A DNA stretch of 64,000 bases from a bacterium (GTDB taxonomy: Bacteria; Bacteroidota; Ignavibacteria; Kapaibacteriales; UBA2268), in contig JANJTB010000002.1 of assembly GCA_024711295.1 (NCBI GenBank), positions 78,223 through 142,222 of the forward strand. Reading direction: 5' to 3'. The notes under the pieces were generated by a model. It was not told where the DNA came from, searched no databases, and saw only the letters and a list, made by a program, of their open reading frames with translations. The position numbers were made by a program, and so were the translations under genes. Below, in pieces: positions 8,735 through 19,046 of this stretch (its first letter is position 1; every line of letters begins with the position of its first letter).

Positions 8735-10168
8735 TTAATAGCGGTATGTAACACCAATGCTCATATTTAAAGGACTTCGGTTAATCACAAAATTAGCATA
8801 ATTTTCTAAATCAGCTGAAGTTTTGAAGTTTGTCCTTTGCTCGGAATAGTCAACAAATCTAAACACACCATCAATTCGTACTTTTTGACCAACATATATA
8901 CCCCCGCCAATTGAGAAATTAGTAATGTTGGCATTTGGTATATCAACCTGATAAGGTGAAGTTGTTCGTGAATAACTCGCTCTGGCAACAATTGGAACCA
9001 AAGGTATATCGTACTCTAAACCAAATCCCCAGGTAGTTCTGCCCACAAGCTCAAGCATAATTCTGTTATTTAGTGCCATTACTTCAGGTATAGCATCACT
9101 AAACTTGAGTTGAGTATCATCTGAATATTGCACTCCTGCTGCAAATGTGAGACCTTCACCGTGAATTGACAAGCCAGCACTGTAAACAAATGGAGTACGG
9201 AGGTTATATGAATTATTTCCACTATACTTGTAGAATTCATGATTATGACCGGATCTGTAATATGCCTCGTAATTTGCATCAAATTTTTCGTCAACTTGAT
9301 ACCATGTCGGAGATTTGATGGATATCCCAAATCTCAAAAAATTATCAAGTCTAGCTTGTAATCCGATTGAGAGACTAATTCCGGATACGCTTTGCATCAG
9401 GTTTTCTTGGGATTTTAGTCTGTCAAATACTCTGCCTTCAATATTCGTGTTAGCATATTTTCCTAACAAATCCGATTCAGTAAAATTTTTGTTGTAAGAA
9501 TAATTTCCCCACTTACCAATTAAACCAAATCCTAATGAAACAAATTCACTTACATCAAAAGATGCACCACCACTGAGGTTATGAAGGCCACCATTCTCTG
9601 CAATAAAACTATTCTGGTGAAGACTATCCATATATGGTGTTGCAAAACTAATGTTATTTCCGGTACCTACATTATCTGATAAATATAGCTTATAAGCCCA
9701 ATTATCGTTTAAATTACGGGGACCAAAGTTGGTTTCTGACGCAATATAAGAAGTTTTATCATTAAAACCATTAAAAAGTATATTGCTGGAATAATCATCT
9801 TCCAGGAAATATCCTATTGCGATTGCTGCTTTAGTATCATCAAATTTTACAGGTATAGCTATACCTGCATGAGTTACGTATTCATTGTTTGAATTAAGTA
9901 AACTATTAACATTCAGATAATTAGCATCTATTGAATTTCTGGTAAATCCAATACCAAATGATAATTCAGATTTCCCGATTAATGTCAAACCGGCAGGATT
10001 GAAATATAATGAACTTATATCATCAGATATTCCGTGGAATGCAACATTGAGAGCTGCAGCTCTTGGAGTTATTACCCCATTTGAATGAGAATATCTCAAA
10101 GCATCCTCGATATACTGAGAGTATAAGCTAGAATATGCAAATATTAAGAATAAAATCAATCTTTTCAT
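8735..10168 (-). CDS. FadL/TodX/PorV-family outer-membrane beta-barrel protein
   Basis: Signal peptide; N-terminal DALRYS...RAAALNVAFHGISDDISSLYFNPAGL (OMPP1/FadL signature); C-terminal aromatic residue (YRY); 477 aa. Confidence 0.7.
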   Translation of the reverse strand: MKRLILFLIFAYSSLYSQYIEDALRYSHSNGVITPRAAALNVAFHGISDDISSLYFNPAGLTLIGKSELSFGIGFTRNSIDANYLNVNSLLNSNNEYVTHAGIAIPVKFDDTKAAIAIGYFLEDDYSSNILFNGFNDKTSYIASETNFGPRNLNDNWAYKLYLSDNVGTGNNISFATPYMDSLHQNSFIAENGGLHNLSGGASFDVSEFVSLGFGLIGKWGNYSYNKNFTESDLLGKYANTNIEGRVFDRLKSQENLMQSVSGISLSIGLQARLDNFLRFGISIKSPTWYQVDEKFDANYEAYYRSGHNHEFYKYSGNNSYNLRTPFVYSAGLSIHGEGLTFAAGVQYSDDTQLKFSDAIPEVMALNNRIMLELVGRTTWGFGLEYDIPLVPIVARASYSRTTSPYQVDIPNANITNFSIGGGIYVGQKVRIDGVFRFVDYSEQRTNFKTSADLENYANFVINRSPLNMSIGVTYRY

Positions 10169-10171
10169 AAG

Positions 10172-11218
10172 TTACCTCGTTCTGCCACTACCTGAACTAC
10201 TACCGGAAGAAGAACCTCTTCCTGATGAACTTCCTGAGCTACTGCCGGATGATGAACCTCTTCCTGATGAGCTCCCGGAAGAACTACCGGATGATCCTGA
10301 CTCATAACTTGGACCCCTTGAATTTGAAGATGAACCTGATGATGAAGATGATGATCCTCTACCGCTGCTTGAATTGTTGTCATAACCGTTGTTTGAAGTT
10401 CTGAAAACATTTCCGGCAGGAGATGTATTTCTTTCAGGCGTTCTTACAGAACTACTACTTGAGGTGTTGCCAGGTTTAAAAGTTTTAGATTCACTTCTTG
10501 AAGAAGAAGTGGAACTGACACCGGCGCTATTATCCGAAGATATAACCCGATTAGAGCTTGTTCTAAAAATATTGTTGCTGCTGGAAGTTGTTCCCCTCTG
10601 CGATGAAGTTTCTATACGACCTGAGCTAGTTACACCAGAGGTGGTTCTACCTCTGTCTGAACTTGTTGTGACATTTCTGTTGCTAGAAGTATATGAATAT
10701 GAGCCGCGATTATTCCCAAAACTTCTATAAGTATTGTTCTGAACGGGACGGTCACTTCTTGAGTAAATAGGTTGTTGATACCAGTGATGGTGATGTCCGG
10801 TATATCTCGGACCCCAATAATAACCATACCACGGGTGATAGGTGTACCATGGAGAATACCAATCAAAGCCCCAGCAATTTGAATATATCATAGTTATATG
10901 GCTACCAGGGAAAGGATATGACACCCAACCATGGTAATGATTCCACCATGGAACTATTACAGGAACGAAAACAGGTGGATTATATCTGTAAGAATTATCT
11001 GAATAAACAAACCCATTGGTAACATTATTTGAATTGCTACCCATAGGATTTACCCATCCCGATGAATTATCATAATTATAATCTTCCTCTGCGGGTTTTG
11101 TTTCTTTGTATTCTGGTTTGTTGTTGTAACCAAAATAATTATTTGTATTAGTAGAACTACAAGAATATAATGATACTAATACTATTGATAATGATAAAAT
11201 TGATAATATCTTTTTCAT
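10172..11218 (-). CDS. lipoprotein with aromatic/His-rich core and long Ser/Gly/Arg-rich low-complexity tail (hypothetical)
   Basis: ATG at 11218 is preceded by GGAGG; the track ORF uses an upstream TTG. Lipobox LVSLYSC. W/Y/H/P-rich segment (PWWNHYHGW...GHHHHWY). A Ser/Gly/Arg-rich tail follows, densest over the last ~150 aa: (SSGSSSGRGSS)n. The gene is 4 nt upstream of the FadL-like gene. Confidence 0.7.
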   Translation of the reverse strand: MKKILSILSLSIVLVSLYSCSSTNTNNYFGYNNKPEYKETKPAEEDYNYDNSSGWVNPMGSNSNNVTNGFVYSDNSYRYNPPVFVPVIVPWWNHYHGWVSYPFPGSHITMIYSNCWGFDWYSPWYTYHPWYGYYWGPRYTGHHHHWYQQPIYSRSDRPVQNNTYRSFGNNRGSYSYTSSNRNVTTSSDRGRTTSGVTSSGRIETSSQRGTTSSSNNIFRTSSNRVISSDNSAGVSSTSSSRSESKTFKPGNTSSSSSVRTPERNTSPAGNVFRTSNNGYDNNSSSGRGSSSSSSGSSSNSRGPSYESGSSGSSSGSSSGRGSSSGSSSGSSSGRGSSSGSSSGSGRTR

Positions 11219-11428
11219 GACAACCTCCAATTCTCTTTTTTAAGTAAAACGAAGAACTCTCAATATTGTTACAATATTTGTGTCAATTATTTGAATAACA
11301 GTTTAAAAAAAAACAATACTAATAAAATAGTATGTATTATATTTGAAAAGATTAATTTTTTACAATTTAAAAGATATTTTTTACAAGCATTTATTAATTA
11401 TTTATAAATAATTTTTTAGGGGAATATA

Positions 11429-12310
11429 ATGAAAATTAACACAGTTTTGGTTCTTGGTGCAGGTACTATGGGTAATGGTATAGCTCATACTTTTGCACAA
11501 TCAGGTTATAAGGTATTTATGAGTGATATAAATCAAGCTGCTCTTGATAAAGGATTTAATACAATTAAATCCAATATGGAAAGACAACTAAAAAAGGGCA
11601 TTATCACTGAAGATAACATGACCAATTCACTATCCAAAATTACTCTCACAACTGATATTTCTGAAGCTTCAGATGCTGATTTAGTTGTTGAAGCAGCTAC
11701 TGAGAATAAAGAAATCAAATTTAAAATATTTAGACATTTAGATGAGGTGATCAAACCTGAGGCAATTTTAGCAAGTAATACCTCAACTATATCAATAACT
11801 GAAATTGCTTCACAGACCAACAGGCCATCGCAGGTTATTGGTATGCACTTCATGAATCCTGTTCCAATGATGAAGTTAGTTGAAGTAATTAACGGGCTTA
11901 ATACAAATAATGGTGTTTATGAATTAATAATTTCAACTTGCAAGGATTTGGGAAAAACTCCTGTTACATCAAATGATTATCCCGGATTTATATCAAATAG
12001 AATTCTTTTACCATTTATTAATGAGGCAGTATATGCACTTATGGAAAATGTAGGCACTGTTGATGGTATTGATGAAGTAGCTAAGCTTGGATTTGCTCAC
12101 CCGATGGGACCATTATTTTTAGCTGATTTAATTGGCCTAGATACATGTTTGGCAATACTGGAAGTACTGCATAATGATTTAGGTGATTCAAAATATCGTC
12201 CTTGTCCTTTATTAAAAAAGGTTGTAGCTGCTGGTCACTATGGACGCAAGAATGGAAAAGGATTTTATGATTACAGCGGTGAAAAACCAACACCTTTTAA
12301 ATTCCATTAA
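11429..12310 (+). CDS. hbd: 3-hydroxybutyryl-CoA / 3-hydroxyacyl-CoA dehydrogenase
   Basis: N-terminal [12 protein letters not shown] Rossmann fold; [14 protein letters not shown]; C-terminal dimerisation domain; 293 aa. Confidence 0.9.
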   Translation: MKINTVLVLGAGTMGNGIAHTFAQSGYKVFMSDINQAALDKGFNTIKSNMERQLKKGIITEDNMTNSLSKITLTTDISEASDADLVVEAATENKEIKFKIFRHLDEVIKPEAILASNTSTISITEIASQTNRPSQVIGMHFMNPVPMMKLVEVINGLNTNNGVYELIISTCKDLGKTPVTSNDYPGFISNRILLPFINEAVYALMENVGTVDGIDEVAKLGFAHPMGPLFLADLIGLDTCLAILEVLHNDLGDSKYRPCPLLKKVVAAGHYGRKNGKGFYDYSGEKPTPFKFH

Positions 12311-12333
12311 AAGATCATTGTATATATAAATGT

Positions 12334-12364
12334 AAAAGCCACTTTATTGCTAAAGTGGCTTTTA
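12334..12364. terminator. bidirectional terminator between hbd and the bS22-like gene
   Basis: AAAAGCCACTTTA-ttgc-TAAAGTGGCTTTT, a perfect 13-bp stem with A/T runs on both sides. Confidence 0.65.
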
Positions 12365-12376
12365 GTTAAAAAAGAA

Positions 12377-12469
12377 TTATTTCCTTTTTTTATGACGATT
12401 CTTGCGAAGTCTTTTTTTCCTCTTGTGAGTCGCCATTTTGTGACGTTTTTTCTTTTTACCGCAGGGCAT
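12377..12469 (-). CDS. very basic 30-aa protein, ribosomal protein bS22-like
   Basis: Hand translation: MPCGKKKKRHKMATHKRKKRLRKNRHKKRK. It resembles the lysine/arginine-rich bS22 of mycobacteria and Bacteroidota. Absent from the ORF track (<60 aa). Confidence 0.5.
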   Translation of the reverse strand: MPCGKKKKRHKMATHKRKKRLRKNRHKKRK

Positions 12470-12576
12470 TTCAGAACTCCAATTAAAATTAATGATTTAG
12501 CTTAAAACAAGTTTGCAAATATAAGGTATTCTAATCAATTAATCAAAAAATAATTGAGTAATTGAAGCAATTTATC

Positions 12577-12870
12577 TTAACCCTGTGTTTTTAAAGATTC
12601 ATTTACTTTATTCAAAAATTCGGGTGATGGCTTGAAAACAGGAACAAATCTTGTTTCTAAAGGAACCAGTTCACCTGACTTTGGATTACGAGCCATTCTT
12701 GGTTTACGGCTTTTATGTTTAAAAACGCCAAATCCTCTTAATTCAATTCGCTTGCCTGATGTAATAGCATTAATAATGCTACTGAATACACCATCAACTA
12801 CTGCTTTTGTTTCGATTTTGGTCAATCCTGTTGATTTTGAAATTTCGTCAACAATATCAGCTTTAGTCAT
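12577..12870 (-). CDS. HU/IHF-family DNA-binding protein
   Basis: MTKADIVDEISKSTGLTK...RGFGVFKHKSRKPRMARNPKSGE is the HU beta-arm signature. The start is taken at the internal Met; the track ORF starts 21 codons earlier. Confidence 0.85.
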   Translation of the reverse strand: MTKADIVDEISKSTGLTKIETKAVVDGVFSSIINAITSGKRIELRGFGVFKHKSRKPRMARNPKSGELVPLETRFVPVFKPSPEFLNKVNESLKTQG

Positions 12871-13138
12871 ATTTTTATAACCTGTAATTAATATAAACAA
12901 CTTTTTTGTAATTTTCACTATTAAAGAATTCAAATTTACAAATAAGTTACGAGTTAAAAAATATTTTTTTAAATATTTATTTTTTCTAACCTATTGTATT
13001 TTAACAATATTTTTATTATGAACAATAATATTTTAAGTTTAAATTTTAAAATTTTTCGTATATTTATTAATTGTAATTTAACAAATTTAAAATTTGTGTT
13101 TTGTTATTTTATGTAACTTATATTGGAGAATATTTAAA

Positions 13139-14080
13139 ATGAAAGTTACCGTTATCGGTGCAGGAAATGTTGGAGCAACCAGTGCCCAAATGCTGGCTAA
13201 TAAAGAATTAGCCAACGAAGTTTATCTTGTTGATATCCTTGATGGTATTGCAAAAGGCAAAGCATTGGATATGTATGAATCAATGCCGATTTTACAATCT
13301 GATTCTCGAATTTATGGAACTTCAGATTATTCAGAAACCGCAAATTCTGACATAGTCATTATTACTGCAGGACTTGCTCGTAAGCCCGGAATGACAAGAG
13401 ATGACTTGTTGGTCAAGAATGCTGCTATCGTATCATCTTGTGCAACTCAAGCTGTCAAGTACTCACCAAATGCTTATTTCATTGTTGTTTCAAATCCTCT
13501 TGATGTAATGACTTATGTAACATTAAAAGTAACCGGTCTGCCTAAACACAAAGTAATTGGGATGGCGGGCATTTTAGATACAGCTCGTTACAGGTCATTT
13601 ATTTCTATGGAAACAGGATATTCGATGAAAGATATTCAAGCTCAATTATTAGGAGGTCATGGAGATACTATGGTTCCTCTTCCTAGATTTACTACCGTAG
13701 CCGGTATACCCGTAACCGATTTAATTTCGAAAGAAAGGCTTGATTCAATTGTTGAAAGAGCTAAAAATGGCGGTATCGAAATTGTTAATTACCTTCAAAC
13801 AGGTTCAGCGTATTATGCTCCCGGTACTGCTGCGGTAGAAATGGCTGAAGCAATTATTAAAGACCAGAAAAGAGTATTGCCTTGTACTGTATTATTGGAA
13901 GGAGAATATGGTATTTCTGACGTTTGTGTTGGGGTACCAATTAAGCTTGGTAAAAATGGAATTGAGCAAATTATTGAGCTGAAATTAAATGCTGAAGAAA
14001 AGTCAATGTTTGATAATTCGGCAGAACACGTTAAGAAAACTATTCAACAAGCTATGGAATTGATAGCAAAACAACAATAA
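13139..14080 (+). CDS. mdh: malate dehydrogenase (LDH-like MDH)
   Basis: MKVTVIGAGNVGAT start preceded by GGAG; IITAGLARKPGMTRDDL with catalytic Arg; GGHGD.MVP motif. Confidence 0.95.
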   Translation: MKVTVIGAGNVGATSAQMLANKELANEVYLVDILDGIAKGKALDMYESMPILQSDSRIYGTSDYSETANSDIVIITAGLARKPGMTRDDLLVKNAAIVSSCATQAVKYSPNAYFIVVSNPLDVMTYVTLKVTGLPKHKVIGMAGILDTARYRSFISMETGYSMKDIQAQLLGGHGDTMVPLPRFTTVAGIPVTDLISKERLDSIVERAKNGGIEIVNYLQTGSAYYAPGTAAVEMAEAIIKDQKRVLPCTVLLEGEYGISDVCVGVPIKLGKNGIEQIIELKLNAEEKSMFDNSAEHVKKTIQQAMELIAKQQ

Positions 14081-14102
14081 TTACATACAATATTTATTAA
14101 CT

Positions 14103-14160
14103 GACCACTAAGTTTAAGATTTATTAGTCTTTATATGCTTAGTGGTCTTTGTTTTTTGAA
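14103..14160 (+). terminator. terminator after mdh
   Basis: GACCACTAAG...CTTAGTGGTC 10-bp stem followed by TTTGTTTTTTG. Confidence 0.6.
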
Positions 14161-14221
14161 ATAAAATTCAAATAATTTAAGCATCCATTTTTTAAAATTG
14201 TTTTTTGAGAAGAAATTTATG

Positions 14222-16051
14222 TGTGGAATTATTGGTTATATAGGTGAAAAAAGAGTTTCAGGCATTTTGATGAATGGTTTGAAGCGTATGGAGTATCGAG
14301 GATATGACTCTGCGGGATTATCAATAATAGAAAATGATAGAATCAAAACCATTAAAAAGAAGGGGAAGGTATCTGAACTCGAAAATTTGGTTGATCATTC
14401 AGCAGTAAGTGCAACTATTGGAATAGCTCATACAAGGTGGGCAACCCACGGATTTCCAAACGATATTAACGCTCACCCTCATCATGACAATTCTAATTCC
14501 ATAAGCATTGTACACAATGGTATTATAGAAAATTATTCTTCGCTAAAAACAAAGTTGAAAAGTGATGGCTATACTTTCTACTCTGATACTGATACTGAAG
14601 TGCTTGCTGTATTTATTGGCTCAATTTACGAAAAAGTAAAGGACTTAGAAAGTGCTGTGCGATTGGCACTTCGTGAAGTTGATGGTACATTTGGTTTACT
14701 TGTATTATCAACTCACGAACCTGAAAAGATAATTGCTGCCAGACGTGGTTCACCTTTGCTTCTAGGTGTAGGCAACAATGAGTATTTGATTGCTTCTGAT
14801 GCAGCAGCAGTGATTCAATACACAAAACAGGTTATTTATTTCAACGATAATGAAATATGTACAATCAGCAAAGATGGTTACCACATAAAAACTATAGACA
14901 ACGAAGAAGCAGCCCCAATAATTGAAGAAATTGAATTTGACCTTGAACATATTGAAAAAGGTGGATTTGACCATTTCATGTTAAAGGAGATTTTCGAACA
15001 ACCCGAAACAATTTTTGATGCATTCAGAGGGCGCTTACTTATTGATGAAGGTGACGTAAAGTTAGGTGGTCTTAGAACAATAATGGAATCTTTACGGGAT
15101 GCCAATAGGATTATTATTACTGCATGCGGTACATCTTACCATTCAGGATTAGTAGGAGAGTATATGATTGAATCTTTGGCAGGAATACCTGTCGAGGTTG
15201 AATATGCTTCAGAATTTAGATATAGAAATCCAATTATTGGTAAAAATGATGTAGTCTTCTCGATTTCGCAGAGTGGAGAAACAGCTGATACACTGGCAGC
15301 TGTTAAAGAAGCCAAGAAAAAAGGTGCAACTGTTATGGGTATAGTGAATGTTGTAGGAAGTTCGATTGCAAGAGAAACCCATGGTGGAATTTATATTCAT
15401 GCCGGGCCTGAGATTGGAGTGGCATCAACAAAAGCTTTTACCTCTCAAATTACGGTTCTTAGTTTGATTGCTCTCATGCTTGGAAGAATGAAGAAGTTAT
15501 CTAAGTACGAAGGTCAGTTAATTGCTAAAGAACTCATTAATATACCTGAAAAAATAAAACAGATTCTGGAATTAACCGACGAGATTAAGATTATTGCCAA
15601 TAAGTATTCAAATGCTAGAAATTTCTTATACTTAGGTAGGGGTTATAATTTCCCGGTTGCTCTCGAAGGTGCTTTGAAACTGAAGGAAATATCGTATATT
15701 CATGCAGAGGGTTATCCTGCAGCTGAAATGAAACATGGACCTATTGCTCTGATTGACGAGAATATGCCTGTTGTTGTTATAGCAACCAAAGATGAGATTT
15801 ACGAAAAGGTATTTTCAAATATTGAAGAAGTAAGAGCACGAAAAGGTAAAGTTATTACAATTGCGAATATTGGGGATGAGAAGATTAGGGATGTTTCTGA
15901 CCATGTTATATATATTCCTGAGACAATTCCTTTATTGACTCCATTATTGACAGTGGTTCCACTTCAATTGTTGTCTTATTATATAGCTTTGAACCTTAAT
16001 TGTGATATTGACAAGCCAAGAAATTTGGCGAAAAGTGTGACAGTAGAATAA
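14222..16051 (+). CDS. glmS: glutamine--fructose-6-phosphate aminotransferase
   Basis: MCGIIGY N-terminal nucleophile Cys; two SIS domains; C-terminal ...KPRNLAKSVTVE. Confidence 0.95.
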   Translation, partial: CGIIGYIGEKRVSGILMNGLKRMEYRGYDSAGLSIIENDRIKTIKKKGKVSELENLVDHSAVSATIGIAHTRWATHGFPNDINAHPHHDNSNSISIVHNGIIENYSSLKTKLKSDGYTFYSDTDTEVLAVFIGSIYEKVKDLESAVRLALREVDGTFGLLVLSTHEPEKIIAARRGSPLLLGVGNNEYLIASDAAAVIQYTKQVIYFNDNEICTISKDGYHIKTIDNEEAAPIIEEIEFDLEHIEKGGFDHFMLKEIFEQPETIFDAFRGRLLIDEGDVKLGGLRTIMESLRDANRIIITACGTSYHSGLVGEYMIESLAGIPVEVEYASEFRYRNPIIGKNDVVFSISQSGETADTLAAVKEAKKKGATVMGIVNVVGSSIARETHGGIYIHAGPEIGVASTKAFTSQITVLSLIALMLGRMKKLSKYEGQLIAKELINIPEKIKQILELTDEIKIIANKYSNARNFLYLGRGYNFPVALEGALKLKEISYIHAEGYPAAEMKHGPIALIDENMPVVVIATKDEIYEKVFSNIEEVRARKGKVITIANIGDEKIRDVSDHVIYIPETIPLLTPLLTVVPLQLLSYYIALNLNCDIDKPRNLAKSVTVE

Positions 16052-16071
16052 CAAACTATTAGGTAATTTTT

Positions 16072-17343
16072 ATGAAAGTTTCTGTGTTAGGATTAGGTTA
16101 TGTAGGATTGCCACTTGCATGCGCAATAGCAAAGCTTACTGACCATGAAGTTGTTGGATACGATGAGAGTCAGAATAAAGTTGCTCAAATAAATAATAAA
16201 CTGTGCCCGATTGATGATGTACAATGTGCTGACGATTTGAAGGTTGTTGATTTTAAATGTTCGAGCAATTCTGAGATTATCGAAAATTCAGATATTTATA
16301 TTGTATGCGTCCCAACCCCTGTGCTTAATGATTATACTCCTGATCTTAGTCCGGTCAAGAGTGCTACTGAAACTATAGCTAAATATCTAAAAACAGGACA
16401 AAGTGTGATAATTGAGTCAACAATTAATCCCGGGGTTTGCGATGAAATAGTTGTTCCCATACTCGAAAAAATGACTGATATGAGGGCGGGAACAGATTTT
16501 GATGTTGCTCATTGTCCTGAAAGGATTAATCCTGGTGATCCCGTCTGGAATGTATATAACATCCCCAGAAATATCGGTTCGACTTCACCCGAAGCTACAA
16601 GGAGACTTGCAGAATTTTACAGAGAGTTTGTAAGTAACGAAATCAATGAAATGCCAAACCTCAAAACTGCTGAGGCAACAAAAATTATCGAAAATACTTT
16701 TAGAGATATCAACATAGCTTTTGTAAATGAGTTGGCAAAATCTTTTGATGTTCTGGGAATTGATTTAATCTCAGTAATTAAAGGTGCTTCAAATAAGCCA
16801 TTCGCATTTATGCCGCATTTTCCGAGTTGTGGTGTTGGTGGTCACTGTATCCCCGTTGACCCCTATTATTTAATTGAACGAGCAAAGCAAAGTGGATTTG
16901 ACCATAAATTTTTAAAACTTGCGCGTGAAATTAACAATTCTATGCCTGAATATACTATAGAGAAACTTATAGATGCATTAAATATAATTGAAAAACCGAT
17001 CAAAAATACTTCTATTGGATTACTTGGGCTCTCTTACAAAGCAAATGTTGGTGATATCAGAGAAAGCCCTTCAATAAAACTTAGAAATATTTTACTTGAA
17101 AAACAAGCTAATTTATTTATTTTTGACCCTTATTTCCCTGAAATGAGTAATGTTAAGTCATTAGATGAAATATTGGATAAATGTGATGCAATTTTGATTG
17201 CAACTGATCATAATGAGTTTAATGGGCTTTCCGCTGAATTGTTATTTGATAAAGGGGTAAAAGTTGTTGTTGACGGGAAAAATATGCTGGATAAATTTGA
17301 AATAACATCCAAAGGTATTTTATACAGGGGAATTGGTCACTAA
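16072..17343 (+). CDS. nucleotide-sugar dehydrogenase (UDP-GlcNAc/UDP-ManNAc dehydrogenase family, WecC/WbpA-like)
   Basis: VLGLGYVGLPLA; catalytic Cys in GVGGHCIPVDP; 423 aa; 20 nt downstream of glmS. Confidence 0.85.
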   Translation: MKVSVLGLGYVGLPLACAIAKLTDHEVVGYDESQNKVAQINNKLCPIDDVQCADDLKVVDFKCSSNSEIIENSDIYIVCVPTPVLNDYTPDLSPVKSATETIAKYLKTGQSVIIESTINPGVCDEIVVPILEKMTDMRAGTDFDVAHCPERINPGDPVWNVYNIPRNIGSTSPEATRRLAEFYREFVSNEINEMPNLKTAEATKIIENTFRDINIAFVNELAKSFDVLGIDLISVIKGASNKPFAFMPHFPSCGVGGHCIPVDPYYLIERAKQSGFDHKFLKLAREINNSMPEYTIEKLIDALNIIEKPIKNTSIGLLGLSYKANVGDIRESPSIKLRNILLEKQANLFIFDPYFPEMSNVKSLDEILDKCDAILIATDHNEFNGLSAELLFDKGVKVVVDGKNMLDKFEITSKGILYRGIGH

Positions 17344-17373
17344 TAAAAACATTGAATGAATTTATAATTATTC

Positions 17374-17420
17374 AAAAGGTATTAAATTGTATAATGTTTA
17401 ATACCTTTTAATTTTTTTTC
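17374..17420 (+). terminator. terminator after the nucleotide-sugar dehydrogenase gene
   Basis: AAAAGGTATTAAA-...-TTTAATACCTTTT stem followed by AATTTTTTTT. Confidence 0.6.
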
Positions 17421-17655
17421 TCACACAAATCTTTTATGTATATTAGTATTGATAATATTTTTTAGACTTCAAAATAATCCATCGAATTATTTGAAATCGG
17501 CAAAAAGAACAGTAGCAACAAAAGGAATAATACTTTTTTCATGTTATTTACTATTTTTTATAATTGATTTGTAATTTCATATTGTCGAAAATAGTATTTT
17601 TTGGAAATATATCCAAAGGATTTATCCGGATTAATAATTGATATTTGAAATATTC

Positions 17656-17692
17656 AAAAAAAAAGCTGCATATATCTTTAACATGCAGCTTT
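17656..17692 (-). terminator. terminator after fbaB
   Basis: AGCTGCAT-...-ATGCAGCT stem followed on the minus strand by a T9 run. Confidence 0.6.
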
Positions 17693-17714
17693 TAAAAACA
17701 ATTTAATTAAAATG

Positions 17715-18779
17715 TTAAGCTATTTCAATATCTTTACATAAATAAACGTCTTGAATTGTATTCAATAATTTAACTCCTTCGTCCATAGGTCTTTGGAAAG
17801 CTTTTCTACCTGAAATAAGACCTTGCCCACCTGCTCTTTTATTTATTACCGCAGTAGCTGTAGCTTCCGAAAAATCATTGTTTCCTGAAGCACCACCACT
17901 ATTAATCAATCCAATTTTACCCATATAACAATTGGCTACCTGATATCTGGTCAAATCGATTGGGTGGTCAGATGATAATTCTGTATAGATGCGTTTGTCA
18001 AATTTACCATAACTTGAATTGCCCATATTCAAAGAATTATAGCCACCGTTATTTTCAGGTAATTTTTGCTTAATAATATCGGCTTGTATTGTGACACCAA
18101 GGTGATTAGCCTGACCTGTTAGGTCGGCAGATACATGATAATCTTTGTCGGACTTGAAAGCATTATTACGTACATAACACCAAAGGACTGTTCCCATACC
18201 TAACTCATGAGCAAATTGAAAAGCTTCTGCAATTTCTACAATTTGTCTTGAACTTTCATCAGAACCAAAATAAATCGTTGCTCCGATAGCAGCGGCTCCC
18301 ATATCATAAGCCTGCTCAATTTTACCAAACAAAACCTGATCAAATTTATTTGGGTATGTAAGTAGTTCGTTATGATTGATTTTAACCATAAATGGAATTT
18401 TGTGTGCATACTTACGGGCGACTATTCCAAGTACTCCAAATGTAGAAGCAACAGCATTACATCCACCTTCTATTGCAAGTTTAACGATGTTTTCGGCATC
18501 AAAATAAATCGGATTTTTAGCAAAACTTGCTCCGGCAGAATGCTCAATACCCTGATCAACAGGAAGAATCGACATATATCCGGTACCTGCTAATCTGCCA
18601 TGATTATACATCCAGGTCAGATTACCAATAGTGCGGTTGTTTCTGTCGGAATTGATAAAAATTCTATCTACAAAATCGTTTCCCGGCAAATTTAACATTT
18701 CTTTATTAATCTTTGGGTTGTCAAACCCTAGCAAATATTCAGATTTTTCTCCTAAATACTCTTGAATTTTTGATAGCAT
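17715..18779 (-). CDS. fbaB: class I fructose-bisphosphate aldolase (FbaB/DhnA type)
   Basis: Collinear with E. coli FbaB over its full length, including [24 protein letters not shown] and [14 protein letters not shown]. Confidence 0.9.
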   Translation of the reverse strand: MLSKIQEYLGEKSEYLLGFDNPKINKEMLNLPGNDFVDRIFINSDRNNRTIGNLTWMYNHGRLAGTGYMSILPVDQGIEHSAGASFAKNPIYFDAENIVKLAIEGGCNAVASTFGVLGIVARKYAHKIPFMVKINHNELLTYPNKFDQVLFGKIEQAYDMGAAAIGATIYFGSDESSRQIVEIAEAFQFAHELGMGTVLWCYVRNNAFKSDKDYHVSADLTGQANHLGVTIQADIIKQKLPENNGGYNSLNMGNSSYGKFDKRIYTELSSDHPIDLTRYQVANCYMGKIGLINSGGASGNNDFSEATATAVINKRAGGQGLISGRKAFQRPMDEGVKLLNTIQDVYLCKDIEIA

Positions 18780-19046
18780 AATTACTCCAAATCAAAATTT
18801 AATATAATAATAAAAATAAGTCCGAAATAAATTAAATATATTTTCAAATTTACGGAAAATTCCAATTGTAAACTAATATTTTTTCATGAAAATAATTAAA
18901 TTTGAATATATTACTTAATTTGAAATCGAAAAATTCTATGTACATAACTTATAGTCTGAATTTCGACTAACCAAAAATAAATAATAATTCAAACTAATTT
19001 GCGTTAATACCCGAATTGAATTAGCAACAAATGAAAAACCTTTTTT

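Noticed and set aside
10165-10866. Track ORFs 10165-10410 (-), 10389-10730 (+) and 10630-10866 (-) inside the lipoprotein gene
   Set aside because: These are alternative frames of the Ser/Gly/Arg-rich repeat DNA (low-complexity His/Gln/Val or Leu/Glu-rich translations). The 352-codon lipoprotein frame has a signal peptide, a lipobox and an RBS.
14081-14221. Possible glmS ribozyme in the glmS leader
   Set aside because: Only about 140 nt separate mdh and glmS, and most of it is the mdh terminator hairpin. None of the conserved glmS ribozyme core segments is visible.
17466-17546. 26-codon minus-strand ORF MKKVLFLLLLLFFLPISNNSMDYFEV resembling a bare signal peptide
   Set aside because: It is too short, has no RBS, and lies in an AT-rich intergenic region between two terminators. 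It is probably fortuitous.
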